This document shows positions 44,710-51,857 of a stretch of DNA of 51,857 bases, one piece after another. The position numbers and the translations under genes are program-made. Below the pieces are notes generated by a model, which had not been told where the DNA came from, did not search any database, and was given only the letters and a program-made list of their open reading frames with translations. Each line of letters begins with the position of its first letter. Position 1 is the stretch's first letter. This DNA comes from Clostridia bacterium (GTDB lineage: Bacteria; Bacillota; Clostridia; UMGS1883), in contig JAZNTQ010000027.1 of NCBI GenBank assembly GCA_045591865.1, forward strand, positions 1 through 51,857. Reading direction: 5' to 3'.

Positions 44710-45141
44710 ATGCTCGGAATTGAAGAAAGCTTAAAGCAAAATGGAATATATGTAACCAAAACAAAGGGCGACAGTATGAATCCTATGCTTGTCGAGGGAC
44801 GTGACAAGGTTGTAATTGTACCACCTGTATTCCCACTTAAAAAGTATGATATTCCTGTGTATAGAAAGCAAGGGCATTACATTATGTACCGCATTGTAAG
44901 GGTTACGAAAAAAGGCTATATCATCTGTGGAGACAATCGTGGAGTACTCGAAACAACCGTAAAGGATAGCGATATAGTAGGTATGCTCGAAGGCTTCTAT
45001 CAGGGAGATAAATATATCGGCAGGGAAGATAGCGAGTTTATGGAGTATGCAAAAAAAGCGGAAAAAACTCTTTATAAACGCGTTATAAAAAGATATTCCC
45101 GACGAGCACTTGAAAAACTAAAGAGAATTATAAAAAAATAA
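44710..45141 (+). CDS. S24/S26-like peptidase-fold protein
   Basis: 143 aa. The GDSMNPML motif resembles the LexA/signal-peptidase Ser box. Basic helical C-terminus. The function is uncertain. Confidence 0.55.
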   Translation: MLGIEESLKQNGIYVTKTKGDSMNPMLVEGRDKVVIVPPVFPLKKYDIPVYRKQGHYIMYRIVRVTKKGYIICGDNRGVLETTVKDSDIVGMLEGFYQGDKYIGREDSEFMEYAKKAEKTLYKRVIKRYSRRALEKLKRIIKK

Positions 45142-45166
45142 GGCTACTGATGTAGCCTTATTTTTT
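45139..45166. terminator. Bidirectional terminator between the peptidase-like gene and argH
   Basis: Stem taaggctac (45139-45147), loop tgat, gtagcctta (45152-45160), then tttttt. Confidence 0.7.
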
Positions 45167-46535
45167 ATATAAATTTCTTTATATATTCAATTTGCTTGTT
45201 TATTGACTCTACCGATGTACCGCCTGCGGAGATACGCTTTTCAGCGCAGTTCTTAAGGTCGATTTCAGCGAAGAGGTCATCTTCAAAAAGAGCGTCAAAT
45301 TCTTTGTATTCGGAAAGAGTAAGAGTTTCAAGAGTTTTCTTCTCTGCTACGCACTTGCCGACAATCTGACCGACTGTCTTATAAGCACTGCGGAAAGGCT
45401 GACCCTTTTTTACGAGGTAGTCTGCAAGGTCTGTCGCATTGATAAAGCCTTCGCCTGCAGCGGCATACATCTTGTCAGCGCGGACAGACATAGTTTCAAT
45501 CATAGGTGCAAATACGCTGAGGCACTTCTTCACAGTTTCGCTGCTGTCGAAAATTGCCTCCTTGTCCTCCTGCATATCCTTGTTGTAGGCGAGGGGAAGA
45601 CCTTTAAGAATTGTGAGCATTGCCACGAGGTCGCCGTAAACTCTACCCGTCTTGCCACGCACAAGCTCTGCCATATCGGGATTCTTTTTCTGCGGCATAA
45701 TGGAAGAGCCTGTTGTATAAGAATCGTCAAGCTCTACAAACTTAAATTCCCATGAAGACCAGAGGATAACTTCTTCTGCAAAGCGTGAAAGATGTGTCAT
45801 AATAAGTGCAAATGCACTCATCAGCTCAACGCAGAAATCACGGTCAGAAACGCCGTCAATACTATTAAGCGTAATCCCGTCAAAGCCTAAAAGCGAAGCT
45901 GTCATATCGCGGTTTGTTTCATAAGTTGTTCCTGCAAGAGCGCAAGAGCCGAGGGGAGAGAAGTTCATTCTTTTAAGGGCATCTTCAATTCTTCCAATGT
46001 CACGTATGAACATCATCGCATAAGCGCATAAGTGATGTGCAAACATAATCGGTTGAGCACGCTGAAGGTGTGTGTACCCGGGGAGAATTGTCTCCTTATT
46101 TGCCTCTGCCTGAACGAGTATTGCAGAAAGAAGCTTCTTTATAAGAGCAATAATATCATTCGCCTCATCACGCATAAAAAGACGGATATCAAGTGCAACT
46201 TGGTCGTTTCTGCTGCGCGCGGTATGAAGTCTTTTTCCAATATCACCGATACGTTTGGTAAGCTCTGCCTCGACAAACATATGTATATCTTCCGCATCGA
46301 AATCAAATCCAAGTGCTCCGCTTTCAAGGTCGGAAAGAATTGATTCAAGCCCTTTTATAATAGCTTCAGAGTCGCCCTTTGAAATTATATTGCACTCGGC
46401 AAGCATTGTTGCATGTGCGATTGAGCCTTTTATATCCTGCTTATACATTTTGCAGTCAAAATGTATGGAAGAGTTAAAGTCATCTGCCTCTTTATCGAGC
46501 GCTTTTGAAAAACGCCCTGCCCACATTTTGTCCAT
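45165..46535 (-). CDS. argH: Argininosuccinate lyase
   Basis: MDKMWAGRFSK..., TMLAECNII, GYTHLQRAQP and the GSSIMPQKKNPD signature. Start re-set to the ATG at 46535, after CAGGAGG. The track ORF extends to 46721 through a hairpin. Confidence 0.93.
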   Translation of the reverse strand: MDKMWAGRFSKALDKEADDFNSSIHFDCKMYKQDIKGSIAHATMLAECNIISKGDSEAIIKGLESILSDLESGALGFDFDAEDIHMFVEAELTKRIGDIGKRLHTARSRNDQVALDIRLFMRDEANDIIALIKKLLSAILVQAEANKETILPGYTHLQRAQPIMFAHHLCAYAMMFIRDIGRIEDALKRMNFSPLGSCALAGTTYETNRDMTASLLGFDGITLNSIDGVSDRDFCVELMSAFALIMTHLSRFAEEVILWSSWEFKFVELDDSYTTGSSIMPQKKNPDMAELVRGKTGRVYGDLVAMLTILKGLPLAYNKDMQEDKEAIFDSSETVKKCLSVFAPMIETMSVRADKMYAAAGEGFINATDLADYLVKKGQPFRSAYKTVGQIVGKCVAEKKTLETLTLSEYKEFDALFEDDLFAEIDLKNCAEKRISAGGTSVESINKQIEYIKKFI

Positions 46536-46559
46536 AGGAATACCTCCTGATATAATAGT

Positions 46560-46596
46560 AAACTGTAGCAAGGTATGTTTTACCTTGCTACAGTTT
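46560..46596 (-). other. Perfect 15-bp hairpin 25 nt upstream of the argH SD
   Basis: aaactgtagcaaggt (46560-46574) with accttgctacagttt (46582-46596). The A/T runs are arranged so that it looks like a stronger terminator on the + strand than on the gene strand. Confidence 0.5.
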
Positions 46597-46837
46597 TTAA
46601 TTTTTTTGTGCCAAGGATGGAGAAAAATAGTGCAGAACGAACAAACTGAACCCAACGGGGCTTGCCCGACGCTGTATGTGATACCGCGAGAGGTGAAGTT
46701 TGTCCGTAGCATAAAGCACATATTCGGAAAAATTCGTGAAGCGAATTTTTTCCAAACTATACGACCTCGCTTTTAGCACACGCTTAATAATTATAAAAAA
46801 CGATGCTTTATGCGGTCGGTGCTGTTTTTATACATCC

Positions 46838-48058
46838 TTATTTGTTTTTTGCATCAACCATAGCCTGTACAGCAATCGGAAGACCATAAAGATTGATGAA
46901 GCCTTCAGCATCCTTCTGGTTGTAATCGCTTTCGCCGAATGTTGCGATTTCTTCAGAGTAGAGGCTGTAATCGCTCCATACACCAGCGTTAATCATATTA
47001 CCTTTGTAAAGCTTAAGTCTTACCTTACCAGTAACATTTTCCTGTGTCTTGTCAACAAATGCGGAAAGTGCCTCGCGGAGAGGTGTGAACCACTGGCCGT
47101 CGTAAACAAGCTCTGCAAATGTGATTGCAAGACGCTGCTTGTGATGAAGAGTCATTCTGTCAAGACAGATTGATTCGAGCACGCTATGAGCCTTGTAGAG
47201 AATAGCACCACCGGGAGTTTCATATACACCGCGGCACTTCATACCAACAAGACGGTTTTCAACGATATCGAGGATACCGATACCATTCTTTCCGCCAACT
47301 TCGTTAAGAGCAAGTATGATATCCTTTGCACTCATCTTCTTGTCGTTGAATGCTACGGGGATACCCTTTTCAAAATCAATTGTGATATAAGTAGGCTCGT
47401 CGGGAGCAAGTACGGGAGATACGCCCATTTCGAGGAAGCCTTCCTTTTCGTACTGCGGCTCGTTGCCTGTATCTTCAAGATCAAGACCTTCGTGGCTTAA
47501 GTGCCAGAGGTTCTTATCCTTTGAATAGTTTGTTTCGCGGTTTATCTTGAGGGGTACGTTGTGTGCTTCTGCGTAGTTAATTTCCTCTTCACGAGACTTG
47601 ATGTCCCACTCGCGCCAGGGAGCAATAACGGGCATTTCGGGAGCAAAGTGCTTGATAGCAAGCTCAAAACGAACCTGGTCATTACCCTTACCTGTGCAAC
47701 CGTGGCAGATAGCATCTGCATTTTCCTTGATTGCGATGTCTACAAGACCCTTTGCAATACAGGGACGTGCATGGCTTGTGCCGAGGAGATATTCCTCGTA
47801 GATAGCGCCTGCCTTCATTGTGGGGATGATGTAGTTGTCTACATAGTCATCTGTAAGGTCAAGGATGTAGAGCTTTGAAGCACCTGTCTTGATAGCCTTT
47901 TCTTCAAGACCGTCAAGCTCGTCATTCTGACCAACATTACCTGCAACTGCAACAACCTCGCAGTTGTTGTAGTTTTCCTTAAGCCACGGAATAATAATTG
48001 ATGTGTCAAGACCGCCGGAATAGGCGAGAACTACTTTTTTAATATCATTCTTATCCAT
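46838..48058 (-). CDS. argG: Argininosuccinate synthase
   Basis: 406 aa. [35 protein letters not shown]. Confidence 0.95.
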   Translation of the reverse strand: MDKNDIKKVVLAYSGGLDTSIIIPWLKENYNNCEVVAVAGNVGQNDELDGLEEKAIKTGASKLYILDLTDDYVDNYIIPTMKAGAIYEEYLLGTSHARPCIAKGLVDIAIKENADAICHGCTGKGNDQVRFELAIKHFAPEMPVIAPWREWDIKSREEEINYAEAHNVPLKINRETNYSKDKNLWHLSHEGLDLEDTGNEPQYEKEGFLEMGVSPVLAPDEPTYITIDFEKGIPVAFNDKKMSAKDIILALNEVGGKNGIGILDIVENRLVGMKCRGVYETPGGAILYKAHSVLESICLDRMTLHHKQRLAITFAELVYDGQWFTPLREALSAFVDKTQENVTGKVRLKLYKGNMINAGVWSDYSLYSEEIATFGESDYNQKDAEGFINLYGLPIAVQAMVDAKNK

Positions 48059-48114
48059 TTTTAAAAACTCCTTTTATATAGTTTTCTTACTCATTGAAGA
48101 TAGTATAACACTCT

Positions 48115-48205
48115 TTGCATAAATATGCAAGCTTTTTTGCATAAAAATTCATAAGTTTTTAAAAATACGCAAAAAATCGTTGGTTTTATGTATCAATATT
48201 CATAA
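48115..48205 (-). promoter_or_regulatory. argG promoter overlapped by ARG-box-like (ArgR/AhrC) operators
   Basis: TTGCATAAATATGCAA (48115-48130, perfect palindrome), TTGCATAAAAATTCATAA (48137-48154) and TATGTATCAATATTCATA (48187-48204). On the minus strand, TTGCAT (48130-48125), a 17-nt spacer and TATACT (48107-48102) form the promoter. Confidence 0.5.
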
Positions 48206-48210
48206 TCACA

Positions 48211-48392
48211 AGGGGTTGTTAAGGGGACCTCCCCTTAAGACAATTTCTGTTAAAACAGAGGGGGTGTACCTCTGTTTTAACTCCTTGCAAGGGCTGGTGC
48301 GGTGAGCACCGTGCGAACGAAAGCCCTTTTCTCGAAGCGAATGCTTTTATGAAATAAAACTTTCGCTTCGAAAGGTTGGCGTTGCCAACCGC
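48211..48392. other. Array of five consecutive stem-loops between the carB-dapF stop and the argG operators
   Basis: Hairpins at 48219-48238 (8 bp), 48249-48281 (13 bp), 48291-48326 (5 bp outer plus 5 bp inner), 48332-48371 (10 bp plus an inner 6 bp) and 48374-48390 (7 bp). Confidence 0.5.
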
Positions 48393-51300
48393 TTAATATT
48401 CATAAATGCCTTCAAATACCTTTTCAGCATCGCCCGTTAAGAATATGCCCTCATCGGTGTAGCGAACTATAAGCTCGCCGCCCTCAACTCTTACGCTGAT
48501 ATCAGTATCCTTTTCGCAGTACCCATTTTCAACTGCCGCAATCGCTGCCGCTACAGCTCCTGTACCGCAAGCCTGTGTCTCTCCGTTACCGCGCTCCCAA
48601 ACTCTCATTCTGATTGTGCGCTTGTCAATAATCTTGACAAACTCGGTATTGATTCTTTCGGGGAAGATAGGCGCGTTTTCAAAACGGGGACCGACTGTAG
48701 GCACGTCGATGTTATATACGTTGTCGCAGATAACAACGCAGTGAGGATTACCTACTGAAAGACAAGTGATATTGTAATCCTTGCCACCAATGGTAACTTT
48801 TTCATTTATCACTTTATCTCCCGGCATATCTACGGGAATAAGAGATGGCTTGAATTCAGGATTACCCATCTGAACAGTTACGCTTGTAACCTTGTGGTCA
48901 AAGAGGTGCAAAGTAAGCTTTCTTATACCGCTTGCAGTTTCAATTGTGATATGGCGGTGAGTTGTATAACCATTATCGTAGAGATATTTACCTACGCAGC
49001 GGATAGAGTTACCAGCCATCTTGCCTTCACTGCCGTCGGTATTGAATATGCGCATCTTCGCATCGGCAACCTCTGACTTTTCAATAAGAACAAGTCCGTC
49101 TGCACCGATACCTCTGTGACGGTCAGAGAATACAATTGCAAGTGCTTCGGGGAATGAAATCCTTCCGTCAAAGTTATTGATGAAGATATAGTCATCGCCC
49201 GTACCCTGCATTTTGATGAAGGGTATGTTAAGCTTTTCTGTACGGAGCTTTGCAATATCTGTAAGCTCTGTATTATACTGATTGAATCTGCTTAAAAGAA
49301 TGTCTGCAAGAGCGTGAGCAGTATCAAGAGAAGTAAGACACGCAATGCTTAATTGAAGTGCACGACGGTGAAGTCTTATGAATTTCTCAATTTCCTTGGG
49401 TCTGCCTGAATTGGTGTGGATTATATAGCCAACCTTTTCGCTTTCGATAAGAGAATAAATTTTTTCGCCCTCAACCGTCTGTACGGGAATACCCAGAGAC
49501 TCAATGATGAGTGCATTCTTTTCGTCTGCATAAAGTTCGAGCTCTGCATCGTAAAGCTTTTTAGCAAGCTCGATAAGGTCATACTTATCTTTTGAATCAA
49601 CGCTGATATATACGCCGCCGCGGCTCTCAAGATTGAATCCTGCAGCCATAAGTCCCTTGTAAAGAGCTTCATTAAGAGTTTTGCCGATACCGAGTACTTC
49701 ACCTGTAGATTTCATTTCAGGTCCCAGAATTGAGTTGATACCTGAAAGCTTCTCAAATGAGAATACGGGCACCTTAACTGCGTAGTAGGGAGGCATCTTG
49801 TAAAGACCGCTTCCGAATCCGAGGTCAAGAAGGGGGGTGCCCTGCATAACCTGGGTTGCAAGATCAACCATCGGGATACCTGTTACCTTACTGATGTAGG
49901 GAACAGTTCTTGATGCACGGGGGTTAACCTCAATTACATAAAGCTCATTATCATATATAAGGTACTGAATATTTATAAGTCCCTGTGTTTTAAGAGAAAG
50001 AGCAAGCTTTGTAGAACAATCTACTATCTTATCAAGCATTTTGTCAGTTACATTGAAGGGAGGATATACTGCGATAGAGTCACCGCTGTGAACACCTGCA
50101 CGCTCAACGTGTTCCATAATACCGGGGATAAGAACGTCCTTACCATCGCTTATAATATCAACTTCAAGCTCCTTGCCCATCATGTATTTATCAACGAGAA
50201 CGGGATTTTCAATCTTCTGCGCGAGAATGATATCCATATAGCGCTCAACGTCTTCTTCCTTGTAGGCAATAGTCATATTCTGACCGCCGATTACATACGA
50301 GGGTCGAAGAAGAACGGGATAACCAAGAGTTTCTGCAGCGGAAAGCGCCTCGTCACGAGTCATAACTGTAAGCCCCTTGGGACGTCTGATGCCGAACTTT
50401 TCAAGAAGTGCATCAAACTGCTCACGGTCCTCCGCCATATCAATGCTCTTTGCAGATGTGCCGAGGATTTTGATACCGCTTTCGTCAAGGAACTTAACAA
50501 GCTTGATTGCAGTCTGTCCGCCGAATGCAACTACAACGCCCTCGGGCTTTTCCACCTCGATAACATTCATTACATCCTCAGGAGTAAGCGGCTCAAAGTA
50601 AAGACGGTCTGCCGTGTCAAAGTCTGTTGAAACTGTTTCAGGGTTGTTATTTATTATAATAACCTCGTAGCCCATATCCTTGAGTGCCCACACGCAGTGA
50701 ACGGAGGAATAGTCGAATTCGATACCCTGACCGATTCTTATAGGACCAGAGCCTAAAACGATAACCTTTTTATTATTGGTAGAAACTGCTCTTGCCTCAC
50801 ACTTCTCGTCATAGGTTGAGTAGAAGTAGGGAGTCTTTGCAGCAAACTCGCCGCCGCAGGTATCAACCATCTTATAAACACAACTCTTGTGAGCAGGAAC
50901 CTTGCATCCGCTGATTTCCTCAAGAGCTTTGTCGGTAAAGCCGAGCTTTTTACCCTTTTCATAAAGATCTTCGGAAAGATTTCCTTTGATGCTCTTCTCA
51001 AAATCTACGATGTTTTTAATCTTTGAGAGGAACCACTTGTCAATACGTGTGATTTCGTTGATTCTGTCAACTGAAATGCCTCTCGCAAGTGCTTCGTAAA
51101 CAGTGAATATACGAAGGTCATCAAGGTCATGAAGCTTCTTTTCAATATCTTCTATCGCGTGAACTTCCTTGTGGAAGAGAGTTTCTGTCTTAAGCTCTGC
51201 TCCGCGGACTGCCTTCATAAGAGCAGACTCAAATGAATTGCCGATAGACATTACTTCGCCTGTAGCCTTCATCTGTGTGCCGAGCTTTCTGTCAGCATAC

Positions 51301-51857
51301 ACAAACTTATCAAAGGGCCACTTGGGGAACTTAACAACCATATAGTCAACTGCAGGCTCGAAGCAGGCATATGTCACACCTGTAACGTCATTTTTAATTT
51401 CGTCAAGTGTGTAGCCGAGTGCAATCTTTGTAGTAACCTTTGCAATCGGGTAACCTGTTGCCTTACTTGCAAGAGCAGATGAACGGGAAACTCGAGGATT
51501 AACCTCGATAACTGCATATTCAAAGCTATCAGGATTAAGAGCGAACTGACAGTTATAACCACCCTCAATCTTAAGCTCTGTGATAATATCAAGCGCCGCC
51601 TTACGGAGCATTGAATATTCCTTATCGGAAAGTGTAGCCGCAGGAGCAACAACGATACTGTCGCCTGTGTGAATACCGACGGGATCCACATTTTCCATAG
51701 AACAGATTGTGATAGCATTTCCAGCATGGTCGCGCATAACCTCAAATTCTACTTCTTTCCATCCGTAGATGTACTTTTCAATAAGTACCTGTGTGATAGG
51801 AGAGAGCGTAAGACCGTTGTTAGCAATTTTTGCAAGTGTGTCGCGGTCGTATGCAAC
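48393..51857 (-). CDS. carB: Carbamoyl-phosphate synthase large subunit fused in frame to diaminopimelate epimerase; the 5' end is outside the window
   Basis: The frame is open from the window edge (VAYDRDTLAKIANNGLTLSPITQVLIEKYIYGWKEVEFEVMRDH...). It runs through both ATP-grasp halves and the MGS-like allosteric domain. It then continues without a stop into IPFIKMQGTGDDYIFINN...GNSIRCVGKY...ACGTGAVAAA, a full DapF with both catalytic Cys motifs (about 48393-49235). Confidence 0.85.
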   Translation of the reverse strand, partial: VAYDRDTLAKIANNGLTLSPITQVLIEKYIYGWKEVEFEVMRDHAGNAITICSMENVDPVGIHTGDSIVVAPAATLSDKEYSMLRKAALDIITELKIEGGYNCQFALNPDSFEYAVIEVNPRVSRSSALASKATGYPIAKVTTKIALGYTLDEIKNDVTGVTYACFEPAVDYMVVKFPKWPFDKFVYADRKLGTQMKATGEVMSIGNSFESALMKAVRGAELKTETLFHKEVHAIEDIEKKLHDLDDLRIFTVYEALARGISVDRINEITRIDKWFLSKIKNIVDFEKSIKGNLSEDLYEKGKKLGFTDKALEEISGCKVPAHKSCVYKMVDTCGGEFAAKTPYFYSTYDEKCEARAVSTNNKKVIVLGSGPIRIGQGIEFDYSSVHCVWALKDMGYEVIIINNNPETVSTDFDTADRLYFEPLTPEDVMNVIEVEKPEGVVVAFGGQTAIKLVKFLDESGIKILGTSAKSIDMAEDREQFDALLEKFGIRRPKGLTVMTRDEALSAAETLGYPVLLRPSYVIGGQNMTIAYKEEDVERYMDIILAQKIENPVLVDKYMMGKELEVDIISDGKDVLIPGIMEHVERAGVHSGDSIAVYPPFNVTDKMLDKIVDCSTKLALSLKTQGLINIQYLIYDNELYVIEVNPRASRTVPYISKVTGIPMVDLATQVMQGTPLLDLGFGSGLYKMPPYYAVKVPVFSFEKLSGINSILGPEMKSTGEVLGIGKTLNEALYKGLMAAGFNLESRGGVYISVDSKDKYDLIELAKKLYDAELELYADEKNALIIESLGIPVQTVEGEKIYSLIESEKVGYIIHTNSGRPKEIEKFIRLHRRALQLSIACLTSLDTAHALADILLSRFNQYNTELTDIAKLRTEKLNIPFIKMQGTGDDYIFINNFDGRISFPEALAIVFSDRHRGIGADGLVLIEKSEVADAKMRIFNTDGSEGKMAGNSIRCVGKYLYDNGYTTHRHITIETASGIRKLTLHLFDHKVTSVTVQMGNPEFKPSLIPVDMPGDKVINEKVTIGGKDYNITCLSVGNPHCVVICDNVYNIDVPTVGPRFENAPIFPERINTEFVKIIDKRTIRMRVWERGNGETQACGTGAVAAAIAAVENGYCEKDTDISVRVEGGELIVRYTDEGIFLTGDAEKVFEGIYEY

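Noticed and set aside
46597-46779. 60-aa minus-strand ORF, and the 518-aa extended argH ORF, in the argG-argH spacer.
   Set aside because: The extended ORF reads through a 15-bp hairpin and adds a non-homologous N-terminus ahead of the canonical MDKMWAGRF start, which has a strong SD. The 60-aa ORF has no SD.
1-51857. Search for CRISPR repeats, tRNA/rRNA genes, IS elements, integrases or long direct/inverted repeats.
   Set aside because: I saw no regularly spaced repeats, cloverleaf candidates, rRNA-like stretches or transposase/recombinase motifs in any frame. This eye-scan is not exhaustive, so a tRNAscan and repeat-finder run should confirm it.

Overview
This window looks like a chromosomal segment from a spore-forming Firmicute of the Clostridia type. 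The evidence is sigH, cwlD with a NodB deacetylase, ftsK/spoIIIE, a complete rnfCDGEAB operon, and an SLH protein with the CsaB pyruvyl transferase. Most of it is tightly packed housekeeping: folD, rplS, lepB, rbgA, rnhB, topB, nadE, rodA, ruvX, rnhA, tyrS, alaS, uppP, argG, argH and carB. I found no rRNA, tRNA, CRISPR array, transposase or integrase.

For about 15 genes the longest ORF in the track over-extends the N-terminus. I re-set those starts to the ATG/GTG/TTG that has a Shine-Dalgarno. Two genes missing from the track run off the window edges: a nucleotidyltransferase at 1-808 and the 5' part of carB at the right end.

Observations worth a second look:
1. One continuous ORF fuses the C-terminus of carbamoyl-phosphate synthase large subunit to a complete diaminopimelate epimerase.
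2. Two promoter-driven, non-coding, strongly structured regions lie upstream of ruvX (about 276 nt) and upstream of the SLH gene (about 185 nt). In each, the 5' and 3' ends pair into a closing helix. I cannot assign either to a known RNA family.
3. An AT-rich two-gene cassette (15042-16646) sits next to rodA. It has a long structured leader and an SD+ATG that is in frame with the first ORF but interrupted by TGA at codon 4.
4. A Wzz / BY-kinase / PHP-phosphatase module has no adjacent glycosyltransferase genes, and its kinase carries an unusually long Tyr/Gly/Arg tail.
5. Five hairpins are packed into 180 nt, followed by ARG-box-like operators, in the carB-argG intergenic region.

All functional calls come from motif recognition by eye. 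No database search was run.
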